From positions 1-44,219 of IMG/VR virus record IMGVR_UViG_3300036784_000137: 44,219 nucleotides of DNA. One strand, 5' to 3'. Below, in pieces: positions 17,249 to 26,682 of this stretch (position 1 is its first letter; every line of letters begins with the position of its first letter). Source of the stretch: a virus (Duplodnaviria > Caudoviricetes). Both the position numbers and the translations under genes were made by a program. The notes under the pieces were generated by a model, which saw only the letters and a program-made list of their open reading frames with translations, searched no databases and was not told where the DNA came from.

Positions 17249-17735
17249 GCCTGCTCCTTGTGGTCGAATCCGTGTTTTCGTCGGTCGCCTCCTCCTCTGG
17301 CGGCGCCTCCTCGACGACTGCTGGCGCCGTAAAGGTAAAATTCACCGGGTTGGAGCTGTTTGCACCATTGCGCACCGTCACCGGCACGGTGGCGGGGGCG
17401 AACAATGACGGCTTTACGATCGTGGTCACCTCGGTATCGGACACGAAAGTGGTCGGCTCGGAGACAGAACCGAACACGATGACGCAGTCGGCGGTAAAGT
17501 CGGTGCCATCGCAGGACAGCGTAAAGTCTGGATTGCCGGAAACCGCTGTGTCCGGCGTCAGCGCCGACAGCACCGGCATCGGATGGTCCTTCATATACAC
17601 ATTGAGCGTCTGCACCATGGCCAGGAAGATGGCGGCGTCGACATGCGCGGGGGTGGTGCGGGGCGCGGTTTCATAGGCGTCGCGGCGCGCCTGCGCCAAC
17701 TGGTCGAGCAGCTCCGTGTAAGTGGACCAGTCCAT
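17232..17735 (-). CDS. IPT/TIG (Ig-like) domain protein
   Basis: 'PVLSALTPDTA...FTLSCDGTDF...VIVFG...TTFVSDTEVT...VPVTVRN...SNPVNFTF'. Confidence 0.75.
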   Translation of the reverse strand: MDWSTYTELLDQLAQARRDAYETAPRTTPAHVDAAIFLAMVQTLNVYMKDHPMPVLSALTPDTAVSGNPDFTLSCDGTDFTADCVIVFGSVSEPTTFVSDTEVTTIVKPSLFAPATVPVTVRNGANSSNPVNFTFTAPAVVEEAPPEEEATDENTDSTTRSRHGRRK

Positions 17736-17746
17736 CAGGGGGCGCC

Positions 17747-17806
17747 TTTATTCATTTTGGAGGCCATTTATTCATTTTGGAGGCCATTTATTCATTGATG
17801 AAGGCC
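17747..17806. repeat. 20-bp tandem repeat TTTATTCATTTTGGAGGCCA x2 plus degenerate third copy
   Basis: Copies at 17747-17766 and 17767-17786; 17787-17806 is degenerate and overlaps a stop codon. Confidence 0.9.
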
Positions 17807-18735
17807 TGGATGATCGAGGTGTCGGTGGCGGCGGCAGCGCCCAGGACGGCGGTGGCGGCCGCGGTGCCAAGCGAGGTGCCGCCGAAGGTAATGGCGGGGG
17901 CCGCCGCATAGGCCGAGCCGGCTTCGGTGATCACGATGCCGGTCAGGGTGCCGGATCCGGTGAGCGCCCCGGAGGTGACCAGCGCGCCGGAGGAGAACGG
18001 GAAGGCGCCTTGCAGGCCCTGCATGAAGTTCTGCGGGATGTAGGCGGCCGAGCCGCCCCCCGGGCCGATGGCGATGAGGCCGGGCGGGAAGTTGGGTGCC
18101 ACCGGCGTTGGCGGATTGGGGATCACGCCGGGGATGGCGGGCGCGCCCGGATAATCCAGGAACTGCGGGATCACATAGAAGTTGGGCGGCGTGGTGTAGC
18201 CGGCGCCGGCATTGACCAGGGTGACGGTATTAAGCGCCCCGCCGGCCGTGATGGTGGCAATGGCGGTGGCCTGGATGCCGCCGGCCGGGGGCGGATCGAT
18301 CAGAATCAAAGGAATGGCCTGGAACGCCGATCCGGCCTGGGTGACGGTCGGTGCCGCCAGCGCGCCACCGACAATGACATAGCCCTTGGCGGTCAGGCCG
18401 GCGCCGGCCGCGAACGCCACCGTGGATCCGGTCTGGGTCGGGCCGATGCCGTTGACGCCGCCGGAGCCGGCGGTGCCGACGGTGATGCTCGTTACCGCGC
18501 CCGACACATTGATCAGGCGGCTGTTGTAGCCGTCGCACGAGACCGTGAAGGCGTGGTCCGCGGCCGCCAATGTGCCGCGCCATGACCAGGCGATCGGGTC
18601 CCACCATTGCAGCGCGGTCACCGGCCCCAAGGTCATCCAGTACTGGCCGGGCGGAATGTAGAAATACGCACCGGCACCGAGCGCGACCGGGAACGAGCCG
18701 GCGGGGTTGAATGGAAACGCGCCACCTATTCTCAT
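17788..18735 (-). CDS. Capsid decoration/minor capsid protein
   Basis: Directly downstream of the capsid gene; Gly/Ala/Thr beta-rich with GxGYxxxP repeats. Confidence 0.65.
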   Translation of the reverse strand: MRIGGAFPFNPAGSFPVALGAGAYFYIPPGQYWMTLGPVTALQWWDPIAWSWRGTLAAADHAFTVSCDGYNSRLINVSGAVTSITVGTAGSGGVNGIGPTQTGSTVAFAAGAGLTAKGYVIVGGALAAPTVTQAGSAFQAIPLILIDPPPAGGIQATAIATITAGGALNTVTLVNAGAGYTTPPNFYVIPQFLDYPGAPAIPGVIPNPPTPVAPNFPPGLIAIGPGGGSAAYIPQNFMQGLQGAFPFSSGALVTSGALTGSGTLTGIVITEAGSAYAAAPAITFGGTSLGTAAATAVLGAAAATDTSIIQAFINE

Positions 18736-18744
18736 CTGAACCCC

Positions 18745-19752
18745 CTAGATCGGCAGGAATGCGATGTTGTCGAACTTGCCGTGCGCCTTGCATTTCACGT
18801 CGACCATCTCCAGCAGGGTCAGCAAGGCTCCAATGTAACCAAACTGATTATTGGAAAGGGTGCTCTCGAAACCGGTGAAATAGAAGCTTGCACGTTCATG
18901 CACGTAAAGTGAGAGATAATCCGTATTGAGGAGGTACAGCGTACCCTCGGGGCAGTAAGGATCGGGATAGAATGGAACACCGGCAACGTCGAGGGCGCGG
19001 AACAGGGCTTCGACCTTGCCTTCGCCGAAGCCGCCGCTCGGGGTGACGACATAGCGTTCATTGGGAGTAAAGTCCTGTGCCAGGTTGGTCCAGGTGCCGA
19101 AGCCCATCAGCCCCATCTTCGGAATCTCGCCGGTGACCTTGGTCACTTGTGCGATATACTGCAGCATCAGGTTGCGGGTGGGGGTGACCGGAGAACCATT
19201 ATGGACGTAGGTGCTCTTCCAGAACTGATTGTTTGGTCGATTGATGCCACCATAGTTGGCAGAGAAGGTACCATCATCAACCGCTGCCGGAAGACCGACC
19301 ATGGACTGCAGGTTGGTGATGTTGTTGTACATGTCACTGGAGAAGCGATCAAGCGTGACATTGGTCGCATCATTCATGCGTGCCTCGATCAGCGGCACGA
19401 CCGAGTAGTCGAGCTGGACCAGGCCCTCAAAACCGAGGAATGGGATGGCTGTGAGATAACCCTTGAGGTTAAACTCAGCGTTCTGCAGCCCGGGAGTGGT
19501 GCCGGGCTGGTTGAATGAGCCGTCGTAACCGACATTCTGAATAGTCACCATGGGGTTGCCCTGCAGGGGCACAGTGATGGGCGACAGGCCGCCGGAGGCC
19601 ACCTGCGCATGCGACAGCATGGCGGCCATCCACGGGGTGCTTTTCCACAGCTGCACGAAAACTTTCGGCAGGAATGCCCGGCGCGTTACTGCGGCCAGTT
19701 CTGCTGCTATCGCGCCCTGCGCTGGGATAATGCCTTGACCAAATGTTGGCAC
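18745..19752 (-). CDS. Major capsid protein (HK97 fold)
   Basis: 335 aa after scaffold; 'GL.AAVDDGT...YGGINR...FWKS', 'GVPFYPDPYCPEGTLYLLNTDYL'; AGGAG RBS. Confidence 0.85.
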   Translation of the reverse strand: MPTFGQGIIPAQGAIAAELAAVTRRAFLPKVFVQLWKSTPWMAAMLSHAQVASGGLSPITVPLQGNPMVTIQNVGYDGSFNQPGTTPGLQNAEFNLKGYLTAIPFLGFEGLVQLDYSVVPLIEARMNDATNVTLDRFSSDMYNNITNLQSMVGLPAAVDDGTFSANYGGINRPNNQFWKSTYVHNGSPVTPTRNLMLQYIAQVTKVTGEIPKMGLMGFGTWTNLAQDFTPNERYVVTPSGGFGEGKVEALFRALDVAGVPFYPDPYCPEGTLYLLNTDYLSLYVHERASFYFTGFESTLSNNQFGYIGALLTLLEMVDVKCKAHGKFDNIAFLPI

Positions 19753-19768
19753 GGTTATCTCCTGTCAA

Positions 19769-20281
19769 TCAGCGCGGCCTGCCGCGAAACTCGTCGATCA
19801 TTGAATAGGCCATATCGCTGGCGGCCTTGTCGGGATTGGAGAGCAGCCCCGGAATATCGGGAAACTCCCAGTACTGGCCGTGGCGCGCCGGCTTCTGGCT
19901 GCCGGTCGACGTGCTCACCGGGCCGTTGTCGGCGGCGTAGAGCTTGGCGGCGTCCTCCAGGTCGAGATGCGGGTATTTCTTCAGCACCCCCTCCTCGATC
20001 TGCTTGACCACGTCCTCGCCGTGGCTCTCGACCAGCTTCTTGCGCTGGCCGGCGCGGCGGTTCTGGTAGCGCTGCTGCTGCTCGGCGCGCTTGTCGTTCT
20101 CGAACTTGGCGTTAAGCTCGCGCTTGAGGTTGTCGATCGACACGTCGGCCGGCAGCCGGTAGCTCGGATCAATCTCCTTGATGAGACCGAGCGTCTGGGC
20201 GCGGGTCTTGGGATTGCCGGCCAGGCGATGCAAGAGCTGGCCCATGGCGGCGGCGGTCTGCGGGTGCATCTCGGCCATCAT
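19769..20281 (-). CDS. Putative scaffolding protein
   Basis: Helical, charged, immediately upstream of the capsid gene. Confidence 0.6.
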   Translation of the reverse strand: MMAEMHPQTAAAMGQLLHRLAGNPKTRAQTLGLIKEIDPSYRLPADVSIDNLKRELNAKFENDKRAEQQQRYQNRRAGQRKKLVESHGEDVVKQIEEGVLKKYPHLDLEDAAKLYAADNGPVSTSTGSQKPARHGQYWEFPDIPGLLSNPDKAASDMAYSMIDEFRGRPR

Positions 20282-20529
20282 TTGCCTCCCTTCCAGGGCA
20301 GCTTCATCTTCTCGCCGCCGCGCTGCACCAGCGCCACGCCCGGATAGTCGGGTGGATTGGCGTAGCGCTTGGCGTCAAACGAGGGATTGAAGGGCGCGAT
20401 CCAGTCGCGCCCCGGCGCCAGCGAGTGCACGCCATTCGAGGTGTCGGCCAATGACTTGTTGCTGGCGCCGGCCTCGAACGGCGAGGAGGTTTCAAATACC
20501 TTGGCGTTGCGTTCGTTGCGTTTCACCAT
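20278..20529 (-). CDS. Hypothetical protein
   Basis: Coupled ORF in head module. Confidence 0.55.
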   Translation of the reverse strand: MVKRNERNAKVFETSSPFEAGASNKSLADTSNGVHSLAPGRDWIAPFNPSFDAKRYANPPDYPGVALVQRGGEKMKLPWKGGK

Positions 20530-20531
20530 GG

Positions 20532-20732
20532 TCAGACCGGCTTTCCTTTGCGCACAAGGTCGCCTTTCTCCAGCGCCATCGGGCGGTCGCTCTCCGGCAC
20601 CTTGGAGGCGCTGGAGAAGCCGCCGAGCTGCGGATAGGACGACACATTCTGGAACATGCCGTTCTTCTTCTTCCTGTCTTCCATCTTGCCGGCACTGACT
20701 TTCGGCCGAAGATAGTTGTTCTCAGCCATCAC
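20532..20732 (-). CDS. Small basic hypothetical protein
   Basis: AGGAGG RBS; coupled ORF. Confidence 0.6.
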   Translation of the reverse strand: MMAENNYLRPKVSAGKMEDRKKKNGMFQNVSSYPQLGGFSSASKVPESDRPMALEKGDLVRKGKPV

Positions 20733-21199
20733 ATACCTCCTGCTGGCGCGCCCATCGGGCCGCCCATTCCACCGCCTTGACCGCCGCCCATGCCGGGCAT
20801 TGGCGAGGGGCCGCCGAGCGCTATCCCCGGCGGCGGCATGTTGTGACCTTGCAGACCGGAGCCGGGCTTGGCCGCGGCGCCGATGCGCTGCGCCGCCGCT
20901 GCGGTCAGGTCGTCGGTGTCGCTCTTGCCGAAGTTGGCCTCCAGCGCCATGACCGAGCGCAGCAGCGCCTGCCGGCGCTTGTCGCCGACCGGGAACACGT
21001 TGGCGCTTTTCATCAGGATGGGGATGGTGGACTTAATGTCGGCGATCGCGGCCGCTTCATTGCCGGCACCGCCGCCGGGCGACATTGCGGGCGTGGCGCC
21101 GGGGCCGGCGGGGCCGCCGAACGGGGACTTGGGCAAGGGTTTGCCGGGCGGCATGGGGCCGCCCATGGTCATAGGGGGCGTGCTTCCGGGCAAGGGCAT
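20729..21199 (-). CDS. Pro/Gly-rich hypothetical head-module protein
   Basis: Coherent ORF with central helical domain. Confidence 0.6.
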   Translation of the reverse strand: MPLPGSTPPMTMGGPMPPGKPLPKSPFGGPAGPGATPAMSPGGGAGNEAAAIADIKSTIPILMKSANVFPVGDKRRQALLRSVMALEANFGKSDTDDLTAAAAQRIGAAAKPGSGLQGHNMPPPGIALGGPSPMPGMGGGQGGGMGGPMGAPAGGM

Positions 21200-21251
21200 G
21201 TATGGCGCTTACCACCGAAGCCACAATATGCGGTAGTCCCGGCTGGGGCCC

Positions 21252-21293
21252 AAATAGCAAAGCCCCCGGCAGCCAGTCGCATGCCGGGGGCTT
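21252..21293 (-). terminator. Rho-independent terminator-like hairpin
   Basis: 12-bp perfect stem AAGCCCCCGGCA/TGCCGGGGGCTT (21260-71/21282-93) followed by TGCTATTT on the minus strand. Confidence 0.7.
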
Positions 21294-21307
21294 CTAATTC
21301 AAACGGT

Positions 21308-21346
21308 CTACCGACGACCGCGACGGTGCCGACGCCTGCGCGCCAT
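21308..21346 (-). CDS. 12-aa protamine-like peptide MARRRRHRRGRR
   Basis: GGGAGAG RBS just upstream, ATG..TAG, terminator downstream; below the ORF-track cutoff. Confidence 0.65.
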   Translation of the reverse strand: MARRRRHRRGRR

Positions 21347-21436
21347 GTCTGCTCTCCCTGTTGTTGCCCAGCAAATCGCTGGTGTTAAGGATGCGTCAGC
21401 AGGCTAGGGCGATTTTAGATCAGGAAATAGCCCCAC

Positions 21437-23161
21437 CTAAGCCGCCTTCGGGTGCTGCGGCTTAGCGGGCGGATGGCCGGCCTTGCGGTCGGCCTCGGCC
21501 TGCTGCTGCTCGGCAGCCACCCGCTTGCGCAGCCGGTGGATGATGGCGTCCGCATTGGGCGGATTGAGCATGCGCACCAGCATCTCGCGGTCGATGGCCT
21601 GGCTCTTGAACAGCCCGGCGGCCTGCTCCTTGCTCTCATCGGCGAACAGCGGCGAGTGCGAGTGGCCGGCCACGCGGATCTTCAGGTCCGGGTCAGCGAC
21701 CTGGCTCGGCACCAGTGTCTGGCCCTTGTCGGTGCGCATGCGCTTGATGGAATTGCGCTGGATGAGCTTGATGCCCTTCTCGGCGCATTGCACCAGCGGC
21801 TGCTCGAGGCCCACCGCCACCTTGCGGATGCGGCCGGAGCCGGTCATGGCCATGTGCTTGGCCTGCTTTTCCCCGCGCACGCCCTCGGCGCCGCGCCCCA
21901 TGATGGTTTCGGTGAGCCCCGATGCCTCCAGGAAAATTGCTCCTATCTCCCTAAACTCATTGAACAGGTCCTGATTGACCGGTGGGCGCAGCAATTCCAG
22001 CTTGGCCCCCGGCACCATGTCGTAGACCCAGGATCCGGGCCCGCCCAGGGTGTCCACCTTCTCGTCGGAGAGGCCGGAGAACCCTGTGGCCACCCGGGTG
22101 GGGTCAACATTCTGCTCTAAAAGGTCGGCGATCTGCTGCAAGCGCTCGTTGGTCCAGATCTGCAGCGGGATGAGAATGTCGGAATGGGCCTTGCCCCAGA
22201 AAAAGTCCGGCCGCCGGTACGGGATGACCGGCACGAACGGATGCTCCTGCTCGATGCCGAAGATGTTGCTCTCGCCCTGGTACAATTTGCTGGCGCGTTC
22301 CTCGTCGGCCTTGCGCATGGCGGATATGGTCTCACGCGAATCGGCCAAGACGCCGTCGACGCCGTCACACTTGGTGAAAATCGCATAATCCTCGCAGGTA
22401 TCGTCCCACACCCAAACCTCGTGGAAGCGCACCATGGGGTTTTCCGACTGCGGCTCATAGGTCGGGCGCGGCTGAAATTCGGTTGAGGCGCGTCCCATCA
22501 TGGCGCCGCCGATATTGGGGCCGCCGGTGGCGTCGATGATGAGATTGGAGAGGATGGGCGGCAGGTCCTCCGCGTAGCGACCTGGGTATTGCTGCATTTT
22601 CTTGATCTCGGCCCCCTTGCCGGCGCGCAACAGGCGCAGCACCGCATTGTCCCAGTTCAAACAATAGGTGTGGATGAAGGCTTCTTGGCTGTCCAGATCC
22701 GGCTCCGACTCGTCATAGACGGAAAAGTCCCCCGGCAGGATGATCTTGCCGAACAGATCATTGCGCGAATCATTCCATCCCAGTTTCAGAAACACCGAAT
22801 CCAATGTGAGCGACCAGTAGACGGCTTCCGAGAACATGTAGGCGAGGCCGCAGTCGCGAAACGAGTCGTTCCATTCGTCTTCAAGAGCTTCCACTTGAGA
22901 AATAATACCATCCTCCGCATTGCGCGGGGCGGCGATATTGAAGCGGCAATGGTCGGCGGCATAGAGGAAGCTGGTCACCAGATCCAGATGCGCCTCCAGG
23001 CGATTGTACTTCACTTCGATGGTGTAATCGTTGGTGCCGTAGTCGAGGAATCTGCGGCGCTGGGTATAGAGCAGATCGCGATCGCGGCTTGACTGCTGGC
23101 AGATCCTGACAATCTGGTCGATGGTATCGTCGCGCTTCTTGGGAGCCTTGGGAATGATCAT
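21437..23161 (-). CDS. Portal protein
   Basis: 574 aa between terminase and capsid modules; 'HPFVPV...FWGKAHSDILIPLQ...ASGLTETIMG' P22-like portal pattern. Confidence 0.85.
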   Translation of the reverse strand: MIIPKAPKKRDDTIDQIVRICQQSSRDRDLLYTQRRRFLDYGTNDYTIEVKYNRLEAHLDLVTSFLYAADHCRFNIAAPRNAEDGIISQVEALEDEWNDSFRDCGLAYMFSEAVYWSLTLDSVFLKLGWNDSRNDLFGKIILPGDFSVYDESEPDLDSQEAFIHTYCLNWDNAVLRLLRAGKGAEIKKMQQYPGRYAEDLPPILSNLIIDATGGPNIGGAMMGRASTEFQPRPTYEPQSENPMVRFHEVWVWDDTCEDYAIFTKCDGVDGVLADSRETISAMRKADEERASKLYQGESNIFGIEQEHPFVPVIPYRRPDFFWGKAHSDILIPLQIWTNERLQQIADLLEQNVDPTRVATGFSGLSDEKVDTLGGPGSWVYDMVPGAKLELLRPPVNQDLFNEFREIGAIFLEASGLTETIMGRGAEGVRGEKQAKHMAMTGSGRIRKVAVGLEQPLVQCAEKGIKLIQRNSIKRMRTDKGQTLVPSQVADPDLKIRVAGHSHSPLFADESKEQAAGLFKSQAIDREMLVRMLNPPNADAIIHRLRKRVAAEQQQAEADRKAGHPPAKPQHPKAA

Positions 23162-23658
23162 TTTGGTATTCCCCCGGGTGGCCGGTGCGAGGCCTCGAAC
23201 TTGCCGCCGACGCCAATGCCCTTGCCGCCGACCTTGGTGATGCCGGCACGGGCGCCGATCGGGGCCGACACCTTGGAGTAGACGCCGGTGGGGCCGCAAT
23301 AGCACTGCTCGATGGCGCCCGAGGGGCCGACCGGCACGTCCAGCGCAAAACCGGGGAGCGGCGAAGCCGGGGCGAAGTGCTGAGTCTTGCCCGGCGTCAC
23401 GGTTGGGTTCACCTGCGGGGCCATGCGCTCGTGCATGCGCGGCGAGTTGAAGTTCTTGTCACCGTATTGCTTCTGCATCTGAGCAACCGTGCGATCGGCC
23501 TTTTGGGTGGCTGCGGAACGGATCGCCACGGGCTTGGGAACCCACCGGACATGTAGACCGCCACACCGTGGACACGGAGGGTGGTCCGCGTCGGCCATCG
23601 TGTATTCATGGACACACCATTTATTGAGACACAGCCAAGACTTTACAATCATCTTCAC
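23158..23658 (-). CDS. Zinc-ribbon (FmdB-like) protein
   Basis: CLNKWC...CPRCG. Confidence 0.65.
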   Translation of the reverse strand: MKMIVKSWLCLNKWCVHEYTMADADHPPCPRCGGLHVRWVPKPVAIRSAATQKADRTVAQMQKQYGDKNFNSPRMHERMAPQVNPTVTPGKTQHFAPASPLPGFALDVPVGPSGAIEQCYCGPTGVYSKVSAPIGARAGITKVGGKGIGVGGKFEASHRPPGGIPK

Positions 23659-23664
23659 ACTCTC

Positions 23665-23889
23665 TCATTCGAATCTGCCGCGCCGCAACTTATTGTCTGC
23701 CTGGTCACAGGTTTCTTCCACGCCGATGAACTTGGTGTCGGTGGTGAACACGATGCAATGCACCGTCTTCGGCATGTGGTCGATGCCGCGCGGCGTGCGC
23801 AGCGAGACCACCTCGTCCGGGTTGACCTTGATGAGCTGGCCGCCCGGACCAGTAAGCACGATCAGCGTCAGGGCAAACAGCAAATTCAT
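23665..23889 (-). CDS. FlbD-like small protein
   Basis: 'LTGPGGQLIKVNPDEVVSL...FIGVEET' resembles the FlbD family pattern. Confidence 0.45.
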   Translation of the reverse strand: MNLLFALTLIVLTGPGGQLIKVNPDEVVSLRTPRGIDHMPKTVHCIVFTTDTKFIGVEETCDQADNKLRRGRFE

Positions 23890-23904
23890 GAAAGTCGGTG
23901 ATCC

Positions 23905-24009
23905 TCACGGCCAAAGTTGCCAGACGATCGCTATGATGCCGGACACCAGCACCCACGACAGCAGCACCGCCACCAGCAGATCAAAGAACAAGTACTCCTG
24001 CGGCCGCAT
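23905..24009 (-). CDS. 34-aa membrane peptide
   Basis: Hand-translated MRPQEYLFFDLLVAVLLSWVLVSGIIAIVWQLWP. Confidence 0.5.
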   Translation of the reverse strand: MRPQEYLFFDLLVAVLLSWVLVSGIIAIVWQLWP

Positions 24010-24025
24010 GGCTAGCACTTCCGCG

Positions 24026-24367
24026 TCATCTATCATCTGCTGGCACAGCTCTTCTAGCTTGTTCACGCCGGTACTCCCGGTGCTTGGGGCGTTCGAAGCG
24101 CGGCAGCGCCTGGAACTTCTCCGGGTGGTTCATTTGCCATTGGTGGCCGACCTTGTGCCAGCGCAGGCCGGCCTCTATGTCGCGGATGGCGGACTGCAGC
24201 CGCACGCGGTAGTTCTCGGTCAGGCCCAGTTCGCCGCGCAGGATGTAGTGCAGGTTGCGGCGCGGCACGCCGGCGTAGAGGCATATTTGCGTATAAGGCA
24301 CGACCCCGTGAAACTCCGGGTCATAGCGGAAGCGGCGGAACCAACGAACAATCTCGTCGCGGTTCAT
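24026..24367 (-). CDS. Hypothetical protein, possible HTH
   Basis: Coupled ORF; 'YTQICLYAGVPRRNLHYILRG'. Confidence 0.55.
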   Translation of the reverse strand: MNRDEIVRWFRRFRYDPEFHGVVPYTQICLYAGVPRRNLHYILRGELGLTENYRVRLQSAIRDIEAGLRWHKVGHQWQMNHPEKFQALPRFERPKHREYRREQARRAVPADDR

Positions 24368-24702
24368 CAGACACTCCCCAAGCCCTTACATTTCGGACAG
24401 TACGACCTGCGCAATTGGAAGCGCCAGCCGATGTTGCCGAACGCGGTGATGGTGTCGCGGGTAATGTCGCGGTAGTTCTGCTTGTGCTGATTGTTCTGGC
24501 CGCGGCGCAGGAGGCGCGGATTACCGAACGCCATGGCGCCTTCGGGGACGTGGACGATGGGCGAGTCCTCGTGGCAGCGATAGCAGCGGGTTCTTATCGG
24601 GGTCAGCACTTGCACCCACTGGTGCGACACGTAGGCGACCGCCTCCTCGACCGGCGAGGCCTCGGTTTCCGGCTTGAAGCGGATGGCATCAGGAACTGAC
24701 AC
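24367..24702 (-). CDS. Zn-finger hypothetical protein
   Basis: CYRC...CPKC. Confidence 0.55.
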   Translation of the reverse strand: MSVPDAIRFKPETEASPVEEAVAYVSHQWVQVLTPIRTRCYRCHEDSPIVHVPEGAMAFGNPRLLRRGQNNQHKQNYRDITRDTITAFGNIGWRFQLRRSYCPKCKGLGSV

Positions 24703-26530
24703 GCAGGTCTCCCGCTTTCTGGATCACCCCGGCGGCGCGAAGGTAGTTGATGGCGGCCTTCTCGGCAACTCCCGGGCCCTTACCCTCGGCCTCGCGCTGG
24801 GCGGCCTCATAGGTGATGCCGTTGGCCTGCAGCTTGCGCTGCAGCCAGCGCCGCCAGGCCTCGTGCGCCAGCGCGGCGGCAACGACCCTGTCATCTTTCT
24901 TTCCTGGCTCCGCCCCCACCGCGCCGCCATCAATCACGATGGTCTTCATCTCATCGATGAGATAGAGCGAGTAGGTCTTGAAGCGCCCCAGTTCAAAACT
25001 GTCCTTGAAGCTCGACAGCATGCTGAACTTGTTGTGGCCGGTGGTTTTCCACTGGAAGGCCAGCGACTGCTGCATCGAGTCGGGGCGCGAGTAGAGGAAG
25101 TGCCGCATCATGGTGAACACATAGCGCAGGTCGTACTCGATCTTGCCGTCGGGGGTGCGGTCGATCATCTGCGCGGCTTCGCTGCGCAGCTTGTTCATCT
25201 CGTTGAACACGGCTTCGCCGGGTCCGGTTATCTCCAGGTTCACCATGCAGTTCCGATAGTAACCCGCAAGGTGACAGAGCGCCCAAGCGCATTGGTAGGT
25301 GCTGATAAGCGGAGTAACAAATTCTGCGACCTGGACAAGTCGATCCGCATAGCATCTGCATACATTGATAACGCTTCGATCAGCTTCTTCTCCGCTGCCA
25401 TACGCCGGATCGCAGCCGATGGCGTAGTGTCCGCTGGCATCAGCTTCCTCCCACACCTTTAATTCCGAGCGCGGGTTGCGCATGGCGATGACCGCCGTGT
25501 CGCGCCAGGTGTCGCCCATCTGGTACTTGAACGGCATGAACTTGACGTTGCGGGCGTTCTTTGCCGCCTCGGTCAGGTGCAAGGAGGAGAAGAACTGCGT
25601 CCCTGTCGCCACGAACGCATCATCCTCCAGCCACGGGAACATCTCGTCCATCTTGTTCTGGTCGCCGCCGTTCTCGGTATCAAGCTTCCACCTGTACCAG
25701 GCGATCTGGTTGTGGTTGACGGTGATGCCGTGGCGTTTGTACACTTCGTTGACGCGGCGGCGCTCCAGCATTGTCAATGGCGACTGGTGGCCGCGCGACA
25801 TGAACATGGTAAATCGCTCATCCTCATCGTGGAAAGCATAGTCGTCATGCCGCCACCAGCCGACGAAGATGCAGCAGATTGTTGGATCGTCCTTACCCTC
25901 GCGCCACCGTTCCTCCCAGAAGTTGAAACCGTTTGCCGTCGTTTCTTCGATCTTCAGCCGGTGCGGATAGTGTGTGGACATTGTGGCCGACAGTTCATTC
26001 AGGTCGTCGGGCGAGCCCCAGAAGGCTACCTCCGTGGCATGGATAAAGTTATTCGCCGACGAGCGGCCAAGGCCGCCCTTGACTTTCTCTTTGATCCCCG
26101 CAACCAGGTACTGCAGCAGTGAGCCGTTCTTGAGCACGATCATGTCGCGGTTTTCGGCGTCCCATTTGATCTTGTGGGTCTTCGGCAGGCCGGTGAAGAA
26201 GATCTTGATGGTGTTGCGGAACAAGGCCTTGGCCTGATCTGTATGGGTGACGAAGGCGCCGAGCAGGCCGTCGTGCTCGAAAGCCCAGAACAGATCGAGC
26301 GCAATAAAGAAGGTCGTCATGCCTAATTGGCGAGCCTTGAGTATCAGAAACGTGGTGACGCCTCTGTCAGTGGCGGCGCAGATCTGATCGAGCACGAATG
26401 TCTGCGTGCCGAGCAATTGCATCGGCACCATGCCGTAGTCCTTGGTCTGGATGCGCAGCTTGGCGCAAAAGTCGAGGAAGCGATCGCGCGGGAACGGGGC
26501 GACCTTCTCCGGCGGGCCCCTGCGGATCAC
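24689..26530 (-). CDS. terL: Terminase large subunit
   Basis: Walker A LKARQLGMTT, Walker B IHATE, 'ETTANG', nuclease 'IGCDPAYG' and 'KDDRVVA'. Confidence 0.93.
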   Translation of the reverse strand: MIRRGPPEKVAPFPRDRFLDFCAKLRIQTKDYGMVPMQLLGTQTFVLDQICAATDRGVTTFLILKARQLGMTTFFIALDLFWAFEHDGLLGAFVTHTDQAKALFRNTIKIFFTGLPKTHKIKWDAENRDMIVLKNGSLLQYLVAGIKEKVKGGLGRSSANNFIHATEVAFWGSPDDLNELSATMSTHYPHRLKIEETTANGFNFWEERWREGKDDPTICCIFVGWWRHDDYAFHDEDERFTMFMSRGHQSPLTMLERRRVNEVYKRHGITVNHNQIAWYRWKLDTENGGDQNKMDEMFPWLEDDAFVATGTQFFSSLHLTEAAKNARNVKFMPFKYQMGDTWRDTAVIAMRNPRSELKVWEEADASGHYAIGCDPAYGSGEEADRSVINVCRCYADRLVQVAEFVTPLISTYQCAWALCHLAGYYRNCMVNLEITGPGEAVFNEMNKLRSEAAQMIDRTPDGKIEYDLRYVFTMMRHFLYSRPDSMQQSLAFQWKTTGHNKFSMLSSFKDSFELGRFKTYSLYLIDEMKTIVIDGGAVGAEPGKKDDRVVAAALAHEAWRRWLQRKLQANGITYEAAQREAEGKGPGVAEKAAINYLRAAGVIQKAGDLRVSS

Positions 26531-26682
26531 GACTCTTCATCCTGCAGCGGGCGGCAAAACTCCTCGCAGACGTTCTGGATCGCCTCCGCCAGCTCCTGCA
26601 CCTCAATCTCGTCCGAGTATTGAATATCGTCGAGGAAGTGCCGAGCCAACTCCAGGCACAGCGGGTCAACCGGCTTTGTCAT
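26527..26682 (-). CDS. Small acidic hypothetical protein
   Basis: Hand-translated MTKPVDPLCLELARHFLDD...; GGGAGG RBS; GTGA overlap with terL. Confidence 0.55.
   Translation of the reverse strand: MTKPVDPLCLELARHFLDDIQYSDEIEVQELAEAIQNVCEEFCRPLQDEES

Noticed and set aside
17747-17806. Possible CRISPR mini-array
   Set aside because: Repeats are directly adjacent with no spacers, and no cas genes are present
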